From Octopus sinensis (Eukaryota): a stretch of 64,000 nt of DNA. Of the stretch, positions 22,772-35,592 are shown piece by piece (position 1 is the stretch's first letter; each line of letters begins with the position of its first letter). The stretch lies in assembly GCF_006345805.1 (NCBI RefSeq), contig NC_043020.1:22382001-22446000 (forward strand), read 5' to 3'. A program made the position numbers and the translations under genes. The notes beneath the pieces are model-generated. The model saw only the letters and a program-made list of their open reading frames with translations. It did not search any database and was not told the DNA's origin.

Positions 22772-24919
22772 TTACTTATTTTTCGAAAGTTCTTTGTCTT
22801 TCACCTCACGGTCTTCTTCTATGAGGCTTTTGTACAGTTTTTTCGATGAGTACTTTTGAAATCTCCCTACTGCATCAGGGTAAGAGATTTCAGGGTGCTG
22901 TATGTTTCTGTGTCACGTGTATTATTTTAATGTGTTGTGGTGGTGTTGTGTGTGGGTGGTTACTTGTTTTTATGTCGTTTTCAGTAATGTTAGTGTTTGA
23001 CCTAATGTGTTCCATTAGGTCGTGGTTGTTTGTGTTTATGGCTGTCAACATTTTTGGGGGGTTTGATGATGGTGTGTTTGTGTTGATGTGTGTGTTTTCT
23101 GTGGATGTTTTTGTTTCGGGAGTGGTGTATCTTCCCGCTTTGTTTGTTATTTTTTCTTTTCTTTTTTTTCCCCTTTTTCTTCTCCCCCTGTGGCTATTTG
23201 CCAATCTTCCGTGTCTTCTTCGTCTAATGACAAATCAGACGAATCGGAGTCTGGAAGAGGAAAATATTGGGGTCTATTGTCGACTGTGTTGGTTTTGTTG
23301 TTGGTGTTGGTTGGTGAGCGTTTGGTTGTGGTGTATGCGGTTTTGGAGGTGGGGTTTGGGTATTTTGTGTTTGAGTGATTGTAGGTATTGTTGTTTGTTG
23401 TTAGGGTCTCAATTTTGTGGGGATTTGGAGTTGTAATTGTTTCTTCATTTTTGCTGGGTGTCTTTTTGGCAGATGTCCTTGGTTTGGGAGTTGGTATATT
23501 CTTGTTGTTGTTGTTGGTGATGCTGCTTCTGTTCTTGGTGCTGCAGTTGGTGTGGTTGTTTGTTTGGTGAGGTTTGTTCCTGCAAAAAGTGTTGTGGGTA
23601 GTAAACCTTGTTTATTTGTTTTTGTTTCCGGCTGCTGTTGTTGTTGCTGTTGTTTTCTTGCGGCAGATTTGCAGTCTTTTTTTAGGTGTTGCTCACTGCC
23701 GCATATGTAGCAACGTGGTCTTCTGCCATCGACGACCACATATAACTTGTGGTCGTCTGATACACATATCTGGGTGGGTATTTTTTTTTTTTTTTTTTTT
23801 ATATCTTCATGATGTATATGTAGAAGAAATTCTACTTTTTTTCCCACCCAGTTTTTATGCTCTGTGACTGTGGTTTCCAAAATAGTATAATTCGTCATTT
23901 TTACGCATAAGGCCTTTACAAGCCATAGATTATTGGCTATTTTGGGGACATTGTTTAGAGTGATCTTAGTCACTTTCTGTCCCCGATAGCTTGGTGTAAG
24001 TTGGAGTTCATCTGAGTGAAGAGTTAGCGTTGAGAAACGTCTAGCTAACTCTTCGGTGTAGGAAACAACTTGTATGTGGGCAAATTTGTTCCACCAGGTT
24101 ACATATTCTTTGTGATCCCAGATGGGTTTCAAGCACTTCTCTATTTTGCTTGTGTTAGCCTTCTCTGGAATTTTTGTTTTTTTGTAAACTATTTTATAAA
24201 TGATTGTTCGTCTTTTTTCATCTTCCAAAATGTCTTCTGGTATGTTTATCTTTACTATACCATCTGATTCTGTTATTTTAATGTTCGTGTCCTGTATTTG
24301 TTGAGCCGTAAAGTATATTGTTGTTTTTTTTTCTTTAATCGCCTCAGCGAAATTTGTTGTTGTTTGTTGTTATTGTTGTTGCTTGTGGTGATGTTTGTTG
24401 TGCTGCAGTTTGTAAAATTGGTGTGTTTGGTTCGATTGTGCAAGTAGGAAGGGGTGGAAAATTGCCTGCGTACTTTAGTCCTGCACTAGCGCAAATTTCG
24501 ACATTTCGTTTGCTTGTCGTCGTTATTTTTTCACTTGTTGGTGATGGAGTGAGCAGTGGTTGAGGGGAATTGTCGTCGTCGTTGTTGTTGTTGTTGTTGT
24601 CGTTCTTGGTGACGGCGGTGGTGTTTGTAGTATTAGTAGCATTGACGGCACGGTCTTTGGTGGCGATGTCTTTAGTAGGGATAGCAGTTTTAGTAGCAGA
24701 TTCTGCCATGGTGTTGTTGTCGGTGTTGGTGGTGGTGGTGGACTCACTGATGGTGTTGACGGTGCTTGGCCTTGCGACCTTTGTTTTGTATTTGTTGCTG
24801 TTGTCGATGTTGATGGTGGTGGAGTTGTCAGGTTCAGCGTATGCTAACAGAGCATCCTGTTTTTCTGCCTCTGCGTCACGCTTGACTTGCACCTCAGCCT
24901 CGTGGTGACCAGTGGCCAT
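22772..24919 (-). pseudogene. Tx1 ORF1 (Gag-like), frameshifted
   Basis: MATGHHEAEV... then a T/N-rich linker, ...EDEKRRTIIYK..., CYICGSEQHLKKDC (CX2CX4HX4C) and ...KELSKNK* at 22772-22774. Broken into ORFs 24344-24949 and 23401-24228 plus a further segment. Confidence 0.8.
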
Positions 24920-25137
24920 TTTGGAAATAAAATGGCTAAATGAAACCACGAAGGCTATGAGAATTTTTTCTTTTAAATTTTGCCCACAAGGGGCAACATT
25001 TTGTGTCGATATTTATCAAAGGTTTACAGTGGATGTTGTTGCACAACTTTTAAGCACAAAATATTTGTCAATATACACTTTTGAACGTACAAAAATACCA
25101 ACTTACGTGGAGCCCATTTGACTTGCGTCTGTCTGTC

Positions 25138-25163
25138 AGATAGATAGATAGATAGATAGATAG
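25138..25163. repeat. (AGAT)6 array abutting the Tx1 5' end
   Basis: Direct reading. Confidence 0.95.
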
Positions 25164-25444
25164 CTGTTCGCCTGAAGGCCCGACTGCTGTAGTTGAACAA
25201 CAACAAAATGCATCAATTCAGCAGTAAAACATTATTCTTTCAAAGATGACATCCAAAAGCAAAATTTTTGGCGGGAGCCAAGAACTGCCCGACGGTTCAA
25301 CGTATGTGATTAATATTTAATATATTTAATGATTGATAATTTTATCGATAAAATGATTCTAACAAGTTTGTGTGTATTTCTTTCTGTGCTTCTTTCGAGC
25401 GTTTTTCTGTTGTTGTCTGGCTGTAATGTGTTCGAACCCTGATA

Positions 25445-25810
25445 TATTTCTTTACTGCCCACAAGGGGCTAAACATAAAGGGGACAAACAAGGTCAGACA
25501 AAAGGATTAAGGGTACTACTAGCGAACAGTGGTCCCGGTGCGCGCACACGCGCATCCGCGCTAGCTAGTCGTAAGTAGTCGATCCTAAATAATTTTTTAA
25601 ACTAAGCAAATAAATTATTTTTATAAACAAGCTGGGGTTAGGGTTAAAAAGTCGTAGGATCGACTACTTACGACTAGCTAGCGCGTGCGCGCGAACTGGT
25701 ACTTTATTTATCGACCACGAAAGGATGAAAGGCAAGGTCAACCTCGGCGAAATTTGAACTCGGAACGTAACGACAGACGAAATACCGCTTAGCATTTCGC
25801 CATGTGTTCC
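25445..25810 (-). mobile_element. family 2 SINE with Tx1-type tail, interrupted by an inverted-repeat element
   Basis: Tail CCCCTTGTGGGCAGTAAAGAAAT on -; the SINE body resumes at AACTGGTAC (about 25694). Confidence 0.75.
25557..25685. repeat. perfect 31-bp inverted repeat around a 67-bp AT-rich spacer
   Basis: CGCGCTAGCTAGTCGTAAGTAGTCGATCCTA (25557-25587) and its exact reverse complement (25655-25685). Confidence 0.95.
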
Positions 25811-26539
25811 GACACTGATATCCTCAACAAACACTTTCTAAGTGTTTTCGGAAACACAGAAATCATTTTATTTTGTTCATATATTTTATTTACATACGCG
25901 GTTTTGTGTGTTTTTGTACTTCGTGATTCTGTGGTAAGAGGTGTTTGTTTCACATCTAAAAATATACCTCGGACTACGTAGACTCCTAGTAATTTTGAGA
26001 GAAAAACAATTGGGGGGTAATTTTTGAGAACTGTTCCCCACTCGCGGGTGTTTCCGAATAAGTCGTCCGTATTTGTTTCTTTTATGTATCCGTAGATTTC
26101 TACTGAAGCAACAAACAGGCAGAAAACTCGTTATGCTAAAAATAGCAGCTAAACGTCTGGTACATAGAAATATGTGGATCTTTTCGCCGTTCAAAAGGAA
26201 AAGATCCAAATATGTTATTAAGACAACTTATCTGTTGAATGGGATTTTTTTTGCACGTTAAGTAAATTCTCAGGTAAACGTTTCTAATAGAAAGGCAGAA
26301 GCAAAAAGAAGGAATATACATGCACAGCTTTAATTTGTTACATAATCTCTATACATGGGCATTCTTTCGATATAACTCGATGGACCAAAACACTGAAATC
26401 GGTTCTTTCTGAGGATGTTGTCAAAATTAAACAAATATGGACGATTTGTTCCGAAACACCCCCGAGTGAACCACTAATGTTACGAGGACATAAATGCACC
26501 AATATCGGTTGTCAAGCGACAGGGGGAGGGGGGACAAAG

Positions 26540-26572
<33 letters not shown>

Positions 26573-27341
26573 CGATAGGCTTCTTACAGTTTCCGTCTAT
26601 CAAATCCACTCACAACGCTTTGGTCGGCCAAAGCTATAGCAGAAAACACTTGCCCAAGGTGCCACGTAGTGGGATTGAACCCAGAACCATGTGGTTGTGA
26701 AGCAAGCTTCTTATCACACAGCCAATATATATTTGTGTGTATTTATGTTTGCCCCCTACAACCGCTTGACCACCGGGGTGGGTTTGTTTACATCTCTGTA
26801 AATTAGTGGTTCAGCTAAAGAGAATCGATAGTGTGAGTACCAGACTTAATAGGTCCTGGAATCGGTTTGTTTCACGAAACCTTTCAAAGCGATGCCCCAG
26901 CATGGTCGCATTCCAATGACTAGTGTGCTCCACCTCTGATTTTGTTTCCTCCTAACTTTCAGAAATATGGATATTTTTTAACGAAATTTTCTACAAATAC
27001 CTTTTAGGTGCTATAGATCAGGGGTCAGTGAACTGACGCAAATTACCCCAGGTGGGGTGAAAATGAAATTCTTGGGTGTAATGAGAATTCAGTAGACATA
27101 AGTAAAAATATATTTTTAAAAATGTGTTCCTTGTTACGAAAGAAATTTTTCTTCTGGTATGAAGAAGCAGTCAAAAGGTTGCTGCCAAAAGGCAACAACC
27201 TACCTTTGCAAACAAGGATTTCCCACTCCAATGAACATAAAAACAAAGCAGAGGAATCGGTTAGACACCAAAGACTGTATCCAAATTGTTCTGGCATCAA
27301 AATGCTCCAATTTTGATGTAATTTTAACAAAAATGGAATGC

Positions 27342-28592
27342 TCACCACCTCAACCCAGATCTTCCTGGGTCTACCGCTTCCATAGGTTCCCTCAACTGCT
27401 AGGGTGTGACACTTTTTCACAAAGCTATCCTCATCCATTCTCACCACATGACCATACCAGTGTAGCCGTCTCTCTTGCACACCACATCTGATGCTTCTTA
27501 TGTCCAACTTTCTCTCAGGGCACTTACACTCTGTTGTGTATGCACACTGACATTACACATCCAGCGGATCATACTGGCTTCATTCCTTGTGAGCTTACGC
27601 ATGTCTTCAGCAGTCACAGCCCATGTTTCACTGCCATGTAGCATGGCTGTTCATACACATGCGTCATACAGTCTACCTTTTACTCTGAGCGAGAAGCCCT
27701 TTGTCACCAGCAGAGGTAAGAGCTCTCTGAACTTTGCCCAGGCTATTCTTATTCTAGCAGCTACACTTTCAGAGCATCCACCTCTGCTACTGACTTGGTC
27801 ACCTAGGTAACGGAAGCTGTCAACTACTTGTAGTTTTTCTCCCTGGAATGTGACAGAAGTTGTTCTCAGCACATTTTCAGTGTTTATTGCTCCTGAGCAT
27901 CTGCCACATACAAAAACTATCTTCCCAGTTCCTTTGATATTGCTACACCTCTTATGTATCCATAGCTTACACTGGGTAAATCTTATAGAGTTTCTTATTA
28001 CGCCTTTTCTCATATCGAACAGGGCCATCTACCTGAAGAGATTTGTGGTTTGTCTTCCTACTTATTAAGACTTCGATTTTAGTTAGGTTGATCCTAAGCC
28101 CTTCAATTCTAATCCTTGCTCCCACACCTGTAACTTCTCCTCTACTTCTAATAGTGACTCAGCAGTTAGAGCAAGGTCATCAGCATAGAGGAGCTCTCAG
28201 GGGTACCCTGTCTTGAATTCCTCTGTTATTGCCTTGAGGACTTTGATAAATAGGAGTGGGCTGAGGACTAAACCTTGGTGGACTCCTACCTCTACATGGA
28301 ATTCTTCACTGTACTCATTGCCAACCCTCACCTTACTGACAGCATCCCTGTACATGGCTTGCACTGCTCTCACTAACCATTTATTTATCCCTAGTTTCCT
28401 CATTGACCACCAGATAAGGGATCGGGGGTCCCTGTCGAAGACTTTCTCCATGTCAGCAAAAGCCAGGTACAAGGGTTTATCTTTGGCTAGGTATTTCTCC
28501 TGCAGCTGTCTTACCACAAATATAGCATCAGTGGTGCTTTTCTCTGGCACAAACCCAAACTGCATCTCGTCTTGACTGAACCTCTCCCTCAC
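27342..28592 (-). mobile_element. RTE LINE, degraded copy of the 43663-46053 family with internal deletions
   Basis: DEMQFGFVP, YADD region, PHD remnant CKLWIHKRC...CGRC, FRYLG, GRPRK. Confidence 0.92.
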
Positions 28593-29690
28593 TACTTGAT
28601 ATAACTATAAAGTAAATTTGGTGGATGTAGAAGTCTCCATTCTCTTTATCATTAATAATTATTTCTACTCTAGGCACAAGGCCTTGAAAATTTGGTGGGG
28701 GGGAAAGGGTCTAGTCGATTACATTGATCCCAGTGGGTAACTGGTACTTATTTCATTGACCCCCAAAAGGATGAAAGGCAAAGTCGACCTGTGTGGAATT
28801 TGAACTCAGAATGTAGCAGCTGGCAAAATACCGCTAAGCATTTCACCTGGCGTGCTAATGATTCTGTCAGCTCCCTGCCTTTCTCTGTATGATTAATAAT
28901 AAAATATACTCCAAACAATTTTTACCTTTCAGCAAAGAGTTCACAGAATTAACCATCAGAAGAATTCACTGAGTAACTAGCAATGAACTGTAATCAAAGG
29001 AGCTAGCTGTTAACTGAAAGCTAATATGGTATTTGCCTGGATTCTATATTCATCATAGTCATATTGAAGATATTTAAGCCTCTTATAGGGATATTAATCC
29101 AAGATAAACTGGTTTAATATATTGTATTTTGAAGAGATATTTCTTCAATAAATATCATACATATATATGTGTGTATGTATTTATATGTGTATATATATAT
29201 GTGCGTGTGTCCCCCCACCCACCATCACTTGACAACCAGTGCTGCTGTGTTTACGTCCCTATAACTTAGCAGTTCAGCAAAAGTAACCGATAGAATAAGT
29301 ACTAGGCTTACAAAGAATAAGTTCTGGGGTCAATTTGTTCAACTAAAGGTGGTACCCCAGCATAGCCACAGTCAAATGACTGAAACAAATAAAAGAATAT
29401 ATATATGCATGTATATAGTGTAACTACCTGAAACAGTAAAGACTTCTGGTAACTTGACTGAGGAAAAAAGGCTACGAATGACCCGTCTTTTTTTCCCTGT
29501 CCTTCTAATTGTTGTTTCTCCTGTCTGAATGTTTCATTGTCCTCTACTGCATTTTTGTTCCATTTTTAATATTTATGTATATATATATTTGTGTGTATAT
29601 AATTAAGATTCACTTGAATCAAGTACTTAAATGGAGGCACCTCGTTAGGTCAGAATAATATACACGCACAACATAAAATAAATATCAAAC

Positions 29691-29728
29691 ATGGTACATA
29701 ATTACCAGCCAAATGATATTCTTGCAAG
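29691..29728 (+). CDS. CENPP: CENP-P-like coding exon 1 (MVHNYQPNDILAR)
   Basis: aaacATGg context; donor AG|GTATGT; phase 2 fits the next exon. Confidence 0.6.
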
Positions 29729-32483
29729 GTATGTAGACAATTAGACTCAGCTGAGTGAAGAAATCCACTCTTGAGCTATTCAGACATCGTCATCGTTGTT
29801 TAACATCCGCTTTCCTTGCTGGCATGGGTTGGACGGTTTGACTGAGGACTGGTGAGCCAGAAGGCTGCACCAGGCTCAATCTGATCTGGCAAAGTTTCTA
29901 CAGCTGGATGCCCTTCCTAACGCCAACCACTCCGATAGTGGAGTGGGTGCTTTTACGTGCCACTGGCATGAGGGCCAGTCAGGCTGTTCTGGCAACAACC
30001 ACGCTCAGAAGGTGTTTTTATGTGCTATAAGTGTACATTATATTAAAGATTCGATCCAAAATATTTACGAAAGATAGATTCTGAGACAGGTGAATAGAAT
30101 ATAAATGAGTAAAAGTAAGCTGTTTCTAACAACTCCTTGAATGATTTCATTAATCAATTAAAGGAGTCGTTAGAAACGGCTGTAAAGGACTGACATCTGT
30201 ACCTCTACTGTTTCTCATTTGTATATATCTGTGTATATATGATATATATATCTATTGTTCTCGTTTTCAGATTGAATGTAGAGGATGCAATGACTATGAA
30301 GTTTGATGATAAGACAGAGGAAGAATTAGCCGCCTTGAAGCAGGACTTCCTTGAGCTTCTTCAAGACCAAAAGGCCATGCTGCACTATCTTCAGTCTGAG
30401 GCAGACTACATAAAACAGCTGAATGACTGCCATGATCAGATTCATACAAAGTAAGGTTTCTAGTTTATTGTTGTTATTGTTAAGGTAGCAAGCTGGCAGA
30501 ATCATTAGAATGTCGGACAAAATGCTTAGCATTTTTTTTTTCTGGTTCTTTATATCTTGAGTTCAAATTCCACCCATGTCAACTTTACTTTCATTCTTTT
30601 GGAACTCAGTAAAGTACTCAGCAACTATTGGAATCAATGTAATAGCCTAAAACTCCTTTTGCCCCAAAACATTTCTGGTCTTGTTCCAAAATTAGAATTA
30701 TTGATATATTGTTAATATTCCAGTTCTATATTTAAGAGATGAGGAATTATGTACATTATTTACAGACCAAATGCTTACTGCTATTTTGCCCATTGCTACA
30801 TTCTGAGTTCAAATTCCGCCGAAGTCGACTTTGCTCTTCATCCTTTCAGAATTGATAAATTAAGTACCAGTTATGCACTGGAGTCTATGTAATCAACTAG
30901 CTCCCCCCCCCCTCCCGCTCCAAAATTTCACACTTTGTGCCTTTAGTAGGAAGGATTATCATTTATAGTTTTTATATACTGAGTTGAAATTCTGTCAGGG
31001 TCAATTTTGGAGCCCATTAGCATTCTCCAACTGATTGAGTCCTGTCTGACCATTTAATCCCAGGGCTGCATACAAGACAGACATCAAATGATGATGATGG
31101 TGATGGTGATGGTGACGTCAATATTGCCAGTGTTAGAAAAGACAAAAAAGCAGCCTGTACACATTGTAAAGTCTCCATGTCTAAGGCATTCCTTTGATCC
31201 TTGAGGGTTGTCCTGATGGCATTAGTAGGCCCTCTTGTGGCTGAAAAGGCCGATTCTGGAGGCACATGTCCGATTACACTGAGAGCAGCAAAGAGGGCCC
31301 CGACAAAGATGAGCTTGTCTGGGATTTTGCTGATGTTCCTTGAGCTATCTCTGCTTTTCTTCACAATGTCTAGTCCGCTCATCCTCAAAATACTACGTAC
31401 CAGTTTTGACCATACCCCCCTCCAGGTAGTACAGTCTGTGCCCAGTGTTTCAAGTTCACCAGGGGGGATGTTGCAGAGCTTCAGGGATTTCTTGAGTGAC
31501 TGACATTAGAAAGGGCATCCAGGTGTAAGAAACCTTACCAAAGCAGATAATTGAAACAGAATATGTCCCTCCAACTCTGTCAAATCATCCAATCCTTGCC
31601 AATATGAAAAATGGACATAAAATCAGGATTATGATGATGATGGCTGCTCTACTTTGTATATTGAGTACTCTGCTTTAAATTGTAGTTACCCCATTTTTTT
31701 TTTTTTTAACAGAAATATATCTATTTCTTTATTGCCCACATAGAGGGGAAAAACAAGGACAGACAAAGGGATTAAGTTGATTATATTGACCCCAGTGCAT
31801 AACTGGATGAAAGGCAAAGTTGATCTCGGTGGAATTTGAACTCAGAACATAACGGCAGACGAAATACCGGTAAGCATTTTGCCCAGCATGCTAACGATTC
31901 TGCCAGCTCATCATTATCATCATCATCCTGTCCCTTTTTCCATGCTTGCATCTCAGGTGGAATTCATTAAGACAGATTTTTCTATAGCCCAATGCTTTTT
32001 CTGTCACTAATTACATCTTTTACACAATTATCCAATAACATACCCCACCCACCCACCTTTTTTAAGACTGTTATGATGACCAGCAATAAATTTGACTGTT
32101 ATTTCTAGCAAGCCATGTAACTATATATAAGAAAGACCTTCCTCACAGACTCAGAAAAGTCTTCCTCATCAATTTTTCAAGACTTCCTCGATAATTCTTG
32201 TCACCGATTCAAAGAAGTCTCATTGTTGATCCATTTATTAAATATTGTTGATTGCTGTGATGTTGTGGTGTTCAATTCATTTCAGGACCGAAGAAGAGAC
32301 TTTAAATGAAGAAGAAGCGAAAATTCTATCAGAATTGAAAGAAAATGTAAGTATTATCGAAATTGTGATGTTGTAAGACAAAACTCTGAAACGGTTTGCG
32401 TGGAATTGGGTTTGGTGCCATTGATTTACCTTCAATGATTCAAGCCTGGCTTGTTTCAGTTCAAATGTTTTCATCTTTCTCCT

Positions 32484-32520
<37 letters not shown>

Positions 32521-35442
32521 GTCTCCCTCTTTCTCTCTTTCCTTCCTTTTCTCCTTCTGTCCCTCTCTCTTTCCTTCTTTCTTCCTTTCCCCTTCCTCTC
32601 TCTTTCCCTCCTTTCTCCCTCCCTCTATTCCCTTCCTTTCTCTCTCCCTCTCTTTCTCTCTTTCCCTCCTTCCTCTCTCCTTCCTTCTTTCCCTCCTTCC
32701 CTCTCTCATTCCTTCTCTCCCTCCTTCCCTCTCTCATTCCTTCTCTCCCTGTTTATATATGAGTAATTCTTAGTTTTAATATTGTCAATATTTATATTTA
32801 TGTTTTAGAAATAATTCCAGTGAATGCGTTTCACTGGAATTATTGTATGTTTTCAAAGGCAGACAGGCATTGACAGCCAGCAAGTCATGCTACTCCAGAC
32901 TGATGATGAGCAATGACTCCGAAACTAGTCTCTGGTTGCTGGGTGGAGGTGCTTACCTCCCACTTTGTAAACATAAGGACAAAGGAAATGTGTCAAGGCC
33001 GACAGGAAAGGTGCTTCCTAGGGCTAAATAGCAGTAGTATTATTCCCTTTCATGGGACTGTCACATTAAGTCGACAACATACCACCACTATTTTTGTTTT
33101 GTTGTTTTCTTATTACCTGTTGTTCCTCTCCACCTCCAGATAATGAAATGCTGCGAGACAACTGGAATTGGAGTTGATTTCAAACTGCAAGCCTACATCA
33201 TTAAAAGCATAGGTAAGTACCACCAGAAGATTCGACAAATGTAGATGGGATGGGGTGGAATTTGCAATTTCTAGAATCCTCTGCTACAAACTGTCATCAA
33301 CTCTTGATTTTGCTGAGGTTGCTATCTTGCAACAAAAGTCAGAGGTACCACTATATATATATATATATTATATATATATATATATTATATATATATAGAA
33401 GATTCAACTAAAAAGTACTCTCTCTGGTGAGAGATAAATATTGTTTATTTAAAGGCCACAATACATGTATTAAAGTGCTACAAATAATTTTATTTGTTGA
33501 GAAAACTCAGACATATTCTTCAGGCACAAACCATATATCATAGTAAACTAAAAAAAAATTGAATAAGAGAAGAAACAAGGAAAAACTGGGAAAGTAACAT
33601 ATACAGAATGCGGATAGGAAACGAAAAACAAAAACACCAGAAATAAAATGTAAAACGGTAAAAGAGTTATCCCCCTTAGACGTCAAATGATAAGGCTGGA
33701 AAGATATCGAGTTAGTATACCATAAATCCTCGAGTATAATCCGCATTTTTCCCCCAAAATTTAAAGGTCAAAATCCCTAGTACATATTATACACGAGGTT
33801 AAAAATGAAAATTATTTTCTAAGCAATGTCCGAGTCTATTTGGTGTCCGACAATGTTTATTCAGACGCATTTTGTGATGTCAGACGCGAAAATACCTTAA
33901 GCTAAGCCTGAAAGCAATGAAGTCTTAAAAGAATCATCCATAACTTGCAGTAAGCAACATTTATTAAACATTATTGCTGTTATTAATATTATTTCTTTAT
34001 TTTCTGCCAAGAGAATGCACAAAAAAGCTACACGTTTGCATTATGTTATATATACAATAATAATAAAGGACGTTACCGTATACATTTTTACAAACCAAGA
34101 ATGTTATATAGACCTCCTTGACTCAAGTTAGAGAAGGGGTGTGTATTATACACAAGGTTTAGGTTTTTCAGAGGTACAGACCCCTAAAAATCGCCTGCAT
34201 ATTATACTCAAGGCCAGACTGTACTCGAGGATTTACGGTAAATTATTCTTAAGACTAATATTGACAGTAACTTCAAAGTTTCAAACAGTTAAACCATCGT
34301 CAGAGAGTCCGAAAGCTAAAATGATGCAAAGTGCAATGTGACTAAGTGATGTATAACAACATCCGATAGTCTGATGGATCTCTTGATCACATGGGGGGGG
34401 GGCATGCTCACTTCCTATGTAATTGCTGATGTCTATAAAATAGACATAAACTCATGTATTTATAATGAACTGTAAATATATATATCTCACACATATGTGT
34501 ACACATACCCTCATTATCATTTAACGTCTGTTTTCCATGCTGGCATGGGTTAGATGGTTTGACTGACACTTGTAACCTAGGCTGCTCTAGGTTCCAATCT
34601 GATTTGGTATGGTTCCTGCAGTTGGATCCCCTTCCTAATGCCAACCACTTCAAGAGCTTAATGGGTGCTTTTTATGTGACACTGGCATCAGCCACCTCTA
34701 CAATTTCACTTGGTTTGACAAGTCTTCTCAAACACGGAATATTGCCAAAGGTCTCAGTCACTTGCCATCACCTTCGTGGGGCCCAGTGTTTGAAGATTAT
34801 GCTTCACTCCCTTTTCCCATGTCTTCCTGAGTCTACCTCTTCGACAGTTAGTGATCAGCACATCTTTACACAACTGTCCTCATCCCTATACATCACATAA
34901 CCATACCAATGTAGTTGTCTCTCTTGCACACCACATCTGATGCATTTTATGCCATTTTTCTCTCAAGACCTGCTTTGTTGGTTACTAGCTTCATTTCTTT
35001 CAAGCCTTCGCATGTCCTCAGTGGTCACAGCCCAGTTTTCACTGCTGTCCACACACAAGCATCATACAATCTGCCTTTCACTCTGAGAAAGAGGCCCTTT
35101 GTTGCTAGTAAAGGTAGAAGCTCTCTAATCATTGCCCAGCCTATTCTTATTTTAGCAGCTATGCTCTCGGGGCATCCACCTCCATTGCTGACTTGATCAA
35201 CTAGACAATGGAAGCTATCAACTACTTCTAGGTATCCCCCAACTTGCATTTGATGGAGTCTATTTTCTTTACATTTACATGGGTGCAGGAGTGGCTGAGT
35301 GGTAAGTTGCTTGCTTACCGACCACGTGGTCTCGGGTTCAGTCCCATTGCGTGGCACCTTGGGCAAGTGTCTTCTACTATAGCCTCGGGCCAACCAAAGC
35401 TTGTGAGTGCATTTGGTAGACGGAAACTGAAAGAAGCCCGTC

Positions 35443-35476
<34 letters not shown>

Positions 35477-35553
35477 GACGGTTTCTTATGTGATTGGGTA
35501 TTATCTGGTAATTGATATTTGATTTGGATGTATTTCTCCATTTTCTTATTTTG

Positions 35554-35592
<39 letters not shown>

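Larger units (their letters stand above)
17043..25137 (-). mobile_element. composite L1/Tx1-type non-LTR retrotransposon inserted in an (ATCT)n microsatellite
   Basis: 5' UTR, ORF1 with a zinc knuckle, ORF2 with APE endonuclease, RT and C-terminal CCHC finger, and a T-rich 3' UTR ending AATAAAGAAAC. (AGAT)n is present on both sides. Confidence 0.93.

Noticed and set aside
22846-24908. Plus-strand ORFs rich in V/L/F (22846, 23088, 23417, 24570)
   Set aside because: They are antisense shadows of the low-complexity Tx1 ORF1.
25267-25276. E2F-like TTTGGCGGGA upstream of the cell-cycle gene CENP-P
   Set aside because: It is 4.4 kb from the ATG with the TSS unknown, and similar strings arise from SINE decay at 46146 and 58248.
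25633-25646. Interstitial telomere
   Set aside because: Only about two TTAGGG-like units are present, inside an inverted-repeat element.
26073-26261. 62-aa basic ORF upstream of CENP-P
   Set aside because: It has no recognisable motif and no in-frame splice link to exon 2.
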